From Felis catus (Eukaryota), in contig NC_058383.1 of NCBI RefSeq assembly GCF_018350175.1, positions 7,752,001 to 7,816,000 on the forward strand: DNA of 64,000 nt, in the 5' to 3' direction. The position numbers and the translations under genes are program-made. Below the pieces are notes generated by a model. It was given only the letters and a program-made list of their open reading frames with translations. It ran no database searches and had not been told where the DNA came from. The first letter of the stretch is position 1, and every line of letters starts with the position of its first letter. Positions 39,840 through 51,800 of the stretch are shown piece after piece.

Positions 39840-42800
39840 ATGGCTCCTCCAGTCTGGACTCTGGTGCTGCTGGTGGGGGCCGCCTGGGGCCAGGGCCACA
39901 TGCCTGCCCCTGTCCGGTAAGCGGGGCTCAGGGGGTGATCTGGGGTGACTCTGGGGGAGAGTGAGGGGCAAAGCTGGAGGGGGCAAAAGGGTAACGATGA
40001 AGGGCACAGCCGTGGGGAGGAAGGGGATGATGAACAGGAACAGTGGGGAGAACCCCACGACCCAAGCGCCTAGAACTGAGTGAGTGTGAGCTCAGAGGAC
40101 AGAGCCCAGATGTTAGAAAGAGCAAGAAGAGACGAGAAGAGAGGCTGGGCCTTCAAGAAACGGACCAAACCCAGGGCAAACCCAGCAGACAGGAGACTTC
40201 CGGTAGAGGCAGCAAGAAATGATAGATGGCTTGGTGTCCTGGAGCTTGTTTTGTGGGATTTGAGCAAGTAGAGCTTGTACGTGTATGGCAAAGGGCTATT
40301 CCGTTTGGCCTACACCATCTGGGGAGGCGCAGTGAGCTTCTCTGCGTTATTCCTAGGGCGAGGAGGGGCCATCCCTGTGTTATTCATCTGTATGTTCAGT
40401 GGCACGTAGCTAGGGCAGCGTGGGACCCAGGGTCCCCGCTCTAAGGGGAGAACTTAGGCTTCAGCACAAGAGGACCTCAGCTCGAAGGAAGGGGTTTCCC
40501 CAGGTGTAAACGCCGAGGCACTGCTTGAGAACTGCCATACACACGATCGGGTTCCTCCTCCAGGGAGGCTCCAACACAGGTCACAGAGGCACGGAGGGAA
40601 CCAGTGAGGCGCTCCAAGGAGAGACACTCATTATCTTGTTTTATTTTTAGGAGATAGATGAGAATTTAACGTGAGGAGGTTGGGGGCCTTTTTTTTTTTT
40701 AATGTTTATTTTTTGAGAGAGAGAGCACAAGTTGGGGAGGGTCATAGAGAGAGAAGGAGACACAGAATCTGAAGCAGGCTCCAGGCTCTGAGCTGTCAGC
40801 ACAGAGCCTGATGTGCAGCTCGAACCCACAAGCAGTGAGATCATGACTTGAGCCGAAGTCAGTCGCCCAACCGACTGAGCCACCCAAGCGCCCGGCCTTT
40901 CGAAAACCTTAAAGACAAGTAAATATATGTTCGCTGCCTACACTTTGGTGCAATATGAATCCCAAGAAATCCTTCATGAAGGACCACTCAGAAAGCTCAC
41001 GATCAATGAGGTTTATGATTCTTGATGATGACAAGTATTACTTTTTTTTTCCCTTCTCCAACCCCAAGGAAGGGGAAGCCTTCAGAATGGAAGCCAGTTG
41101 CTCGCAACTCTAGGGATAACTGTGAGTTGGAAACCAGCACCACTCAGATCTTTCTCCTTCCCCAGGGCAGGGTGGCCACCTCAAGGGCCCTCTGGGCTGG
41201 GCGATGGCATCAACACATAGTGATGTGTGGAGGGCAGTCCTTGGATGAACAGAGGGTGGAGGGACCATGGAAGAGTGGAGTCCAAGCCCTACCTAGAAGA
41301 TTCATAGTCAGATTAACAACAACAAAATGTATGCATCCAGACAAAGCCTGTCTGCCCAGATGAATCCACCCCCTGGACCTCAGTGTGCGACCCCTGTCCT
41401 AGAAGTCATTCTGCCCTGCCCCACCCCGCCCTGAATTTCTCCTACGAGATTCTTATTTCTCAGATTCTCTTTTCCAAATCTGTGCTCTGGACCCACATAG
41501 TGGCTGCCTTCTCTAAGCTAAGCAATCCTGCTAACCCCCGACCCCCAGTTTGGCTCTGGGGCTGGCCCTCTCCCCTCTCCTGGCCTCAGAGCGGCCCTTT
41601 CTTCCCAGCTGTTCTCACTCAGTGTGACTTTGAGGATAACTCCAACCCCCTCTGTGATTGGACCCAAGGGTCCACAGATGACGGGGACTGGACTCGAGCC
41701 AGTGGACCCTCCCCCACCGGCAGTACGGGTCCCCCCGGGGACTACCCCAACGGAGGTAAGGAAGCCTAAGGTTTAGGGAGACACCTAGGAGGTAGGCACG
41801 GGCAGACGCGGGTGCAGGGAGAAGGGAGGCAGCCGGAAGTGGACGCCTGGGCTCTGGGAAGGGGGTGGGAGGGCAGCCCTCAAGGCTGGGAGGGCCTCCT
41901 CATCATCCTGGGCTCTGCCTCCCGCAGAGGGCTACTACCTGCACATGGCATCAAGCACCTTCCACCGGGGCGGGGTGGCCCGCCTACGCAGCCCCCCCAT
42001 ATGGGAGCAAGGCCCCCTCTGCGTGCACTTCGCCTACCACCTGTTTGGGCTTTCGTGGGGCGCCGAGCTCAAACTACTGCTGCTCAGGGACACCAAGAAG
42101 AAGCGCCCCAGCCTGCTCTGGAAACATACTAACACCCAGAGCCCCTCCTGGATTCCCACCGCTGTCACCGTGCCTATGGGCCTTGCCCTGCCCAGTCAGG
42201 TGAGGGTGAGGCAGAGGGCAGAGCCTTGGGCCCCAGGGCGAATCTGGGTGGGTGGGGGCAGGAGGGGCTGGGACAAGGAGGGGGCGCCAGGGCTGGGCCA
42301 CCCGAATTCAGGCAGGAAAAGTGGGGGCTGAGGCAAAGGAGCTGCGTGGTCCCCTCCTTTCTCCCACAGGTGATGTTTGAAGGAGTGAGGGGCAGCACGG
42401 CTTACCCGGACATCGCTCTGGATGCCATCTCCATCCACAGGGGCTCCTGCAATCGGAGTGAGCCCCTGTCCCTCCTTCTCTCTCTGCCTCCACCATCTGC
42501 CCAGCTCTGGCTTCCCTGTACTTCCACACCTCACACCTTTGAATCCTGAAGCACCTACACCTACGGAGAGGTTCCCTTTGAACACAGTTGTGGTAATAAC
42601 TTTCCGAGAGTGACCAACCAAGTCCGGATTGCCCTGAACTGTCCCCATTTTTGCACAGAAAGCCCTGCATCTCAGGAATGCCTCAGTCCCTATGCAAAAC
42701 TGGATGTCTGGTCACTCCAGCTGTTCCCCCAGATCCATCCCGAATCAGCCCTCTAAGCTGACATATAGAGATTCAAGGGGAGCAAACTCAAGTGAAGGAA

Positions 42801-45800
42801 AATTCCAGAAGCTGAGTCCAAGTAATTAACACTGGGCACAGGATTGTACTAGTGGCTCTCCACAAATGATCTAAAGTAAGATAGGCGGGTGCTGTCGTTC
42901 CCAGTTATAGATGAGGAAACTGAGGCTTGGGCAGGTTCTGTAACATGTCCCAGGAATAAGCCGTTGAGGAGTGGAATTGTATCTGGCTCCAAAGCCCACC
43001 GTGGCTCACAGTATTCTGACTCAGAATTGGGTCCCACAGTATTGGGACTCAGAATTCTGAGTATGCCCACACTGGGGCATACTTTTGAGAGCTGCATCCT
43101 TCTAGAACAAGCTAAATCCATCCTCCCTCCCCACCCCGCTCTTTCTCCCCTCAGTCTGCATGATGCAAATGTGCAGCTTTGACATTCCAAATGATCTCTG
43201 TGGCTGGAGCTGGATCCCGACAGCCTCTGGGGCCAAGTGGGTCCAGAAGAAGGGGTCGTCCGGGGTGCTGAAGTGGGGCCTGAGGACGATTTCTCTAGCC
43301 CTGGTGGTGAGTAATGACCACACTTCCATCCTTTGACTTTGTGGGCTTCTAGTGACCTCTGCAGGAGTTTATGATGTTTGCCTGACTACTGCACAGTAAC
43401 TGCCGTGGGATGTAAGCCCCAGCAACCTCAAGCCTCGCTGAGCGCAAGTTACTCAGCAGAAAGCAAACTCCACACCCCAGCTTCCCCCACTGCCATCCCA
43501 CAAACTCCACCGGGCAGACCCAACACAGCCTAGTCCTCACCTCCCTTCCCTGGCACCATTCATTCATGCATTCTTCATTCATTCATTCATCCATTCATTC
43601 AACAGGTACCTACTGAGCGCCTATGATGTGCCAGGTGCTGTCCCAGGCCCTTGAGATACATCAGCTTACAAAACAGACTAGGAGTGGCAGGGGGTGAGAG
43701 GAAGATGGTTCCTAAAACAAGAAATAAATTATAGTTATAGCAGGACTATTGAAAAATGAAAGTCAAACAAAATGAGGGGATTGGGAGTGCAGGAGTTAAG
43801 GCGGGGGGTGTTGTGAGTTTTAAACAAGGTGTCAGGGTAGGTCTCATTCAGGTCATATTCGAGCATAAACTTGAAGCAAGTGAAGGAGTGACGGAGTGAA
43901 CATATAGAGGGGAAGAACATTCTAAGCAGAGGGGCCAGCCATGCAAAGGTCTTGAGGTAGCAGTGAGCTAGGAGGTAGGGGAGGTGCTGAGATACAAGAG
44001 GCCACCTAGCAAAGATAGAGAAGAGGAGCTTAGAGCAGTCCTAGGCAGGGCTGATGACTTGGGGCCTTGAAGGCCATGGTCAAGACTGTGGCTTTGATTC
44101 TATGTGGATGTGGATGGGGAGCCTTTGCAGGATTTGGAGCAGAGGAGTGACTAAATCTGACTTATGTTTAAAAGGATCACCTGGGTTTTTTTGTTTGTTT
44201 GTTTTTGTTTTTGTGTTGAGAATACGCTGAAGGGAACGGCCAAAGGCAGACGCAGAGAGGCCATTTAGAAAGCTTTTGCAATATGGCACCTGGGTAGCTC
44301 AGTCGGTTAAATGTCCGACTTCGGCTCAGGTCGTGATCTCATGGTTCGTGAGTTCGAGCCCTATGTCGGGCTCTGTGCTGACAGCTGAGCCTGGAGTCTG
44401 CTTCAGATTCTCTGCCTCCCTCTCTCTCTGCCCCTCCCCCACTCATGCACGTGTGCGTGCTCTCTCTCTAAAATAAACATATACATATGTATATAGTTAC
44501 AAGGCTTTTGTAATAAGCCAGGCAATACGTTTCCTCTTCCATTGCATCCATGTCTGTCCGTAGCTTCTTTCCCACCATCTCTCTCTGTGCTCTTGGCTGG
44601 GCTTTTCTTTCCACGGATGACCCCTCCCTCCCTTCCTTCCCCCTTTCCACTTTCTCCCCCACCTCCCTCTCTCCCTTCCTTCCTTCCTTCCTTCCTTCCT
44701 TCCTTCCTTCCCTCCCTCCTTCCCTGTGCCTCTCTGCTCCTTTTCTCTCGCCCACAGCAGCTACCTCTCTTCCTGTCTTCTCCACACAACGTGCCTCTCC
44801 AGGCCTCACAGAGCACAGCCACGCACGCCAAGCTGTGCAGGTCAAACATGAGAACCCCGCTCCCTGATTTCTTTTCTAAATTCTCTTCTTTGTTCTCTGG
44901 CCCCTTGCATTTCTCCATTCTCAATCCTCTCCCTTCATTTTTCTGTCCTTTTCCTCTCCGTCTGCCCCCAGAAGCCCTTTCTGCTCACTCCAAATGCAAG
45001 ATCTCCTTCCTCTGCGCTTTCTTGCTGTTCCTGCTGCCGGAGGTCCGCCTTCTAGAAAGACCCGGAGAACCTCCCCTTCCCTTCCGAAGCCCTGGAGATC
45101 AGGGCAGGGCCAGCCCATCTCCGCATCACCCCCGCCCCCCAGTATTAGCACCCCCAAGCCGAGCCCCCGTAGTTTCAGTAAATGTTGGTTGTTGTTTCCA
45201 TTTTCTCTCTCCTCCTTTTTCCAGCTTGCTTCCTTCTATTTTTCCCTCTTTTCTTTTACTCCCACTTCTCCTTTCCACCAACCAGCTATCCCATTAGCGC
45301 CCTCCTGGCGTTTTCTTTCACCATTTACCACTTCCCTCCTTCCCCTTACCTCCTCCTTCCCTGATGTTTCCTCTCTTTTCTCTTCCCTCCCCTTCTGCCC
45401 TCTTTTCTGTCTCCCGGAGGCCGCCTTTCCAGGCCTGGTGCGTGCGCGCTCACCAGGCAGGACCGCTCGGGAGTCAAGACGGAGCGCGCCTGCGCAGCCT
45501 AACTTTTTTTCCCGGCTACCAGTTGCGTCACGGGGTGAAGTCTAGGTTGATTGGCTGCTTGAACTGCTGGAGGGGGTGGAGTGGGAAGATGCCGGCTTCT
45601 AGGCGTCAGACCAGTCTTCTCTCACCAGTTTGTGTGAATCAGCTCTGTCCCGTGGGTCCAGAAAAGGAAGAGGATATGACCCTGGGGGACTTAAAGCGTC
45701 ACAACCCAAAGGACAAGGTTCTGGCTGCTGCTTCTGAGAGGATGCTGCGTTTCATATGGTGGTGCCTGCGCCCTTAACCAGTTTTGCCAAGCATTTCTGG

Positions 45801-48800
45801 AAAGTTCGAAGGCCTCGGACAGATGGAGGCCCACCTCATCGCTGGCCGATCCTAGGCAGCTGTTGGGGCTTCCCAGGCCCGGGACCCCTGCAGTCACAGG
45901 GTCCTATCCCTCAATTTCAGCCACCCCACCTAACTGGCCTTTTACTTTATAGGTGGCTTCTACATGCTCCTGGACCCCAAGAATGCAAAACCGCGGCAGA
46001 AATCTGTCCTCCTGAGCCCCCTGAGCCAGTCCTCTGGCTGTTTGAGCCTGTCCTTCCACTACATCCTCTATGGCCAGTCACCTGGTGCAGCCCTCGCCGT
46101 CTATGCTTCTGTCTTGGGTGAGACTGGCATTTGCAGGATTTATGCTTATCTCGTCTCCCAGGGTTGAATTGACAGGAAAATATGGGGCATCCCATATTTC
46201 TAGGGAAATCTAGGATATATGCAAGATTATTGTGTGGAGTAGAACTGGGAAGCTGGGAGAGTGCTGGCTTCTAGAAAAACAGATAAAAGTACCAGGAGAG
46301 TGAGAGAGAAGGATGTGCTTGCATTTGGGAGAGGGGGATACACTCCCAGTATTCCCTTAGCTACTCTTCTTTCTGAGTATAGGATTTTTTTTCCTAATTT
46401 AAAAATTGTTTATTTTTGAGAGACAGAGAGAGAGACAGAGCGTGAGCAAGGAAGGGACAGAGAAAGAGGGAGACACAGAATGTGAAGCAGGCTCCAGGGT
46501 CTGAGCTGTCAGCACAGAGCCCGACGTGAGGCTCGAGCTCACAGACCGTGAGATCATGACCTGAGCCAAAGTCAGACGCTTAACCCACGGAGCTACCCAG
46601 GCACCCCCTGAGTACAGGTTTGAGGTCATTTTCAGTCCCCTTAATAAGTCGTTTCTCTCTCTGATTCCTTTCATTTGCAGGCAGCATCAGGAAACACACT
46701 CTCTTCTCAGGACAACCTGGACCCAATTGGCAGCCTGTTACTGTCAATTACACAGCCCAGGGAGAAATTCAGGTACAGAGGAGCAAAGGTCAGGACCCCT
46801 TGCACAGGGTAGGCACTTCTGATATTGAAGTGGAGTGAGGGTCTGGGCGCTGGGAGCAGGGTGTCTGGGTTCCTGAATAGAGTAAAATTAGATGGTGGGG
46901 GGTGGTTTGGGCATTTGGGCTCTTTTTTCACTCCCAGTCCCCTTTCTCTCTCTTTCCCTTCAGTTCACTGTGGTGGGTGTGTTTGGAGAGACCCCAGAGC
47001 CAGCTGTGGCAGTGGATGCGATCAGCATTGCTCCCTGTGGGGGTGAGAGCAAGGCCCTGGGAGGAGCAGGGCCTCCACCAGATCATCAAAACGGGCAGTG
47101 GGGGTGGGGGGGTGGGAGGGCAAGATTGGGGAGAAATAGAGGGCATGGCCCAAATTTCTCACATCTCCCATTTTGATCCCCTAGAGAGCTTTCCTCAGTG
47201 TGACTTTGACGATGATGCCCATCCCTTCTGTGACTGGGCCCAGGCATCAGGGGATGGTGGACACTGGACCCGGGGAAGTAAAAATAGGCACATGCAGGGT
47301 ACAGGCGCTTTTGGAGGTTCCCTTAATGGAGGTGAGGAGATTGAGGATCTCCCAAGCCAATGAATTACTGAATCCTCTCCCAGCTGGGGAGTTGGCTGGT
47401 AGGATTCCTGGGGGAAGATATTGTAGGTGGTGACGGTCAGCCGGCAGGTGTTTATTGGGAAGCCACCATGGGTCCGAGCTGGGGAGATGACAGAAATCGA
47501 ACGGGTTGAAGATTCTCCTGCCTGTGGGGTCCCTGAAACCGCCAGAAAATCCAGGCAACTCACTTCACTGAGCCCGAGCCTTCAAAATCCACAACCTCAT
47601 TTTCAGTTGAGACATTTACTGGTGCAGCCAGCAAAGGAATCTGGGTTGCTCGTTTGGTTTTCCCTTTCTTTCTGATCCTACCTTCTTCAGTTAGAAGTCC
47701 AAAACAAGTAGGAAAAAAAAAAAACCCCGCTTACAGCGTGGGGAGTTTGGGTGTTCGCGTCAAACCCTCGTTTGCGAGGTGTTGCTAGAGAAAACAACAC
47801 GAGAGTGTCCTCGGGGTGGGGGTGGGGGTTGTCATCTTGCCTTTCTTTTGATTCCCTTCTTTTGCCCAGAAGGTCGCTATATCTATGTCCAGGCTGACAA
47901 GTTCTCTGAGGCAGGCCAGTCTTGCAGACTGGTGAGCCGGCCCTTCTGTGCCCCGAGTGCGATCTGTGTGGAGTTTGCTTACCACATGTACGGCCTAGGA
48001 GAGGGCGCTAAACTCAATCTCCTGCTGGAGAGTCCCGCAGGCAGTTTCCCGACTTCTCTCTGGCACCGCGATGGGTCTCAGAGCCCCGACTGGCTGAACA
48101 CCTCCGTCACTATCCCTTCGGGGCATCAACAGCCCATGCAGGTGAGAGACAGAGTGGGCCCTGTGTGGGGCCCGGTGAGGGGGACATAGTACCCGGGGAC
48201 AATCAGGGCTGAGGAGATGGGACGCTGGAAAGGGAGCAGAGCAGAGGTGAACTCAGTGTCCCTGAGAGGGATATCTGCATCCTGAAAAGGAGTGAGGGCA
48301 GAGTTGGACTGTTGAGCCTAGAACAAGGTGACCTTTTGGCAGAGGACAGGCTGTCTGGGAGAATCCTTGAGGTGCCATGGATTCAGCTGGACTTCTCTCT
48401 TCTCTGTCCTTCATTCCCTTCAGCTGATATTGGAGGCCATCAGAGGGACCAACACTGCCTTTGTTGTCGCTGTGGGTTTTATCTTGATCAATCACGGGAC
48501 TTGTAGAGGTAAAACAAAACTCAAGGCCCCGGAAAGGGGGCGGTGCTCTGGGATGACCATCTGTCAGATGGCTGAAAATCAAGTTCTCTCCTGTGCTTGT
48601 ATTTTCACACTGCTTTGTGTTCTACATTCTGCCTTCTCGGTGACATCAGGATGCTTGCGTGTGCGCATGTGACTTTGATGCAGTGAATTTCTGTGGCTAG
48701 ATCCAGAATTCCTTACCCAGTAGATGGCGATCCTGAAGGGAGGACCCACATCCTATTCATGTTGTGTCGTTTGTATCTGGCATGACGTCTGATATATATT

Positions 48801-51800
48801 AGGAGCAGTGTTTGTTGAGAGTTTGTTGAGTGAAGGTTGGGGTTGGGAGTAGAAGGAGAGGTGTGAATAAATTACCCTTTGAGGCCACTCACTCCAATTG
48901 GAAGTGAGTGAAGAGGGCGGTGGTCTGATTTGGACTAAACTCCAGGGTTTGTTTGTTTGTTTTTTCTTTGCAGGAACTATGCCAACAGTGCTTCCTTCCA
49001 AATCTCCAGTTCCCCCCACTGGCCCTTCTGAAACCCTTGTCTCCACAGAAAAACCTAGGACTCCCACAGAAAAACCTACAGTCCCCAAAGAAAAACCTAT
49101 GACCACCACAGAAAAACCCACTGTCCCCAGTGAAATGTCCACTGTCCCCACAGAAAAACCCATGGCCCCCACAGGAATACCTATGAACCTCCCCAAAATA
49201 TCTATTCCCCCCACAAAAAAAACTACGACCCCCACAGAAAAACCCACTGTCTTCACAGAAAAAACCATGGTTGTCACAGAAAAACCCATTGTCCCCAGTG
49301 AAATATCCACTGTCCCCACAGAAAAACCCATGGCCCTCACAGAAAAACCCATGACCCCCACAGAAAAACCTATGACACCCCAAATAAAACCTATGGCCCT
49401 CACAGAAAAACCCACTGTCACCACAGTAAAGCCCATAGTCCCAACAGAAAAGCCCACTATTCCCACTAAAAAACCCACTGTCCCCACTGAAGAGAACACT
49501 ATCCCCTCTGAAGAGACCATTGTGCCCTCTGAAGAGACCACTGTCCTTCCCAAAGAGCCCACCATCTCCACTGGAAAACCTACCATCCCCACTAAAAAGT
49601 CCACTATACCCCCTGAAAAGCCCAGTATCTCCACAGAAAAGCCCACTGTCCACACAGAAAGACCTACTGTCCACACTGAAAGGACCACCATCCACACTGA
49701 AAGGTCCACTGTCCCCACAGAAAAACCCACTATGCCCACTGAAAGGCCCACCATTCCCACAGAAAAATCTACCCTTCCCACAGAGAAACCCACCACCCCT
49801 ACTGAAAAGACCACCATCTCCACAGAAAAACCTACCCTTCCTAAAGAAAAACCCACCGTCCCCACTGAAAGGCCCACAGTGCCCACAGAAAAACCCACTG
49901 TCCCCACTGAAAGTTCCACCATCCCCACAGAAAAATCTACCCTTCCCACAGAAAAACCCACCATCCCCACAGAAAAACCTACCCTTCCCACAGAAAAACC
50001 CACCACCCCTACTGAAAAGACCACCATCCGCACAGAAAAACCTACCCTTCCTAAAGAAAAACCCACCATCCCCACTGAAAGGCCCACAGTTCCTACAGAA
50101 AAACCCACTGTCTCCATTGAAAGGCCCACCATCCCCACAGAAAAACCTATCCTTCCCACAGAAAAACCCACCCTTCCCACAGAAAAACCCACCATCCCCA
50201 CTGAAAGGTCTACAGTTCCCACAGAAAAACCCACTGTCCCCACTGAAAGGCCCACCATCCACACAGAAAAACCCACCATCCACACAGAAAAACCTACACT
50301 TCCCACAGAAAAACCCACCATCCTTACTGAAAGGCCTACCATCCCCACAGAAAAACCCACTGTCCCCACTGAAAGGCCTACCACCCCTACTGAAAAGAAC
50401 ACCATCCCCACAGAAAAATCCACTGTCTTCACTGAGAAGACCACCGTCGTCCCTACTGGAAGGCCTACCGTCCCCACAGAAAAAACCACCATCCCTACTG
50501 AAAAACCCACTGTTCCTACAAAAAACCCCACCATCCCCACAAAAATATCTACTTTTGCCACTGAATGGCACACAGTTCCTACAATACCCCAGCCCAGCCC
50601 AACACTTGTACCCATTGGGCCAACAGTCTTGGTGATGATGCCTTCCACTGCTCCAAGTACCTCCACGACCACTACAACCCGTGGACGCACTCCAGGTATG
50701 TGACACAGCATCGAACCGACAGCAGAAAGTAAGAGATCATGAGTAGGAGAGAGAATTAGATAAATGAATGCTTCTAATAGAAAACTGCAGTCTTAGAAGA
50801 GAGATGAATGCGACATGTTAACTTTTGAAAAAATGAGGACCACCCTGACCAAGAGGGAAGCAGAGCACGGGTGGGGTGGAGGTTGTTGGGAGTCAAGTCC
50901 CGAACTTACAGCATCTTTTTTTTTTTTTTTTAAGATTCTATTTTTAAGTAATCTCTACACCCAACGTGGGGCTCTAACTCACAACCCTGAGATCAAGAGT
51001 TGCATGCTCCACTGACTGGGCCAGTCGCATGCCACACGCCTTCCTTTTTATAGAGATATAATTCATATAGTATAAGATGCATCCTTTTAAAGTTTGCAAT
51101 TCAGTGGTTTTCGTATATGCACAACGTTGTGCAAACATCAGTTTCTAATTCTGGAACATTTTTATCACCCCAAAAAGAAACCCGTTAGCAGTCACTCCAC
51201 ATTCTCCCCAAACCCCCACCATGCCCCAAGCCCTGGCAACCACTAATCAACTTCCTGTCTTGTGGATTTGCCTCTTTTAGACATTGCACACATGGAGCAT
51301 GATGTACTATGTGGTCTTTGGGACTGGCTTCTTTCCCTCCACATCATGTTTTCAAGGTTCTTCCGTGTTGTAGAAATTCAAGTCCATCCATATGAGGGAT
51401 CTTCACTCCTCTTTATGGCTAAATTATGGACTTACTTTGTAGAGAACTTGAGTGTGGGGGTATAGGAGAACAGGAAGTCTCCCTGAAAAAAGCGGTAGAG
51501 TGAAGGCTTGATGCAGGCTGTTTTCCTCTCAGCGAGGTGTCCCCCAAATGCCCACTATGAGCGCTGCACCTGCCCAGCATCCTGTGAGAGACCCAAGCCC
51601 AACTGTGGGCCCCCCTGCAAACCTGGCTGTGTCTGCAATTCTGGCTTCTTGTTTTGGGGATCCCTCTGCATCAATGCCTCATCCTGCAATTGCTTCTACA
51701 ACAACAATTACTATAAGGTAAGGCCGCTGGGGTGCCCAGAGCCCCCAAGGGAGATTGTGAGTGGGACACCTGGGTTCTGGCTCCATCTGCTCCCAAGACG

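Noticed and set aside
44403..45545. ORFs over the purine/pyrimidine tract (173, 251 and 183 aa)
   Set aside because: Derived from (TTCC)n and low-complexity sequence plus a SINE.
49040..50550. Regularly spaced repeats suggestive of a CRISPR-like array
   Set aside because: Contiguous coding tandem repeat with no unique spacers, in a eukaryotic context.
48753..50711. 652-aa and 605-aa antisense ORFs and a 371-aa alternative-frame ORF over the mucin exon
   Set aside because: Shadow ORFs of a stop-poor 21-bp tandem repeat; only the PTEKPT frame fits the splice phases.
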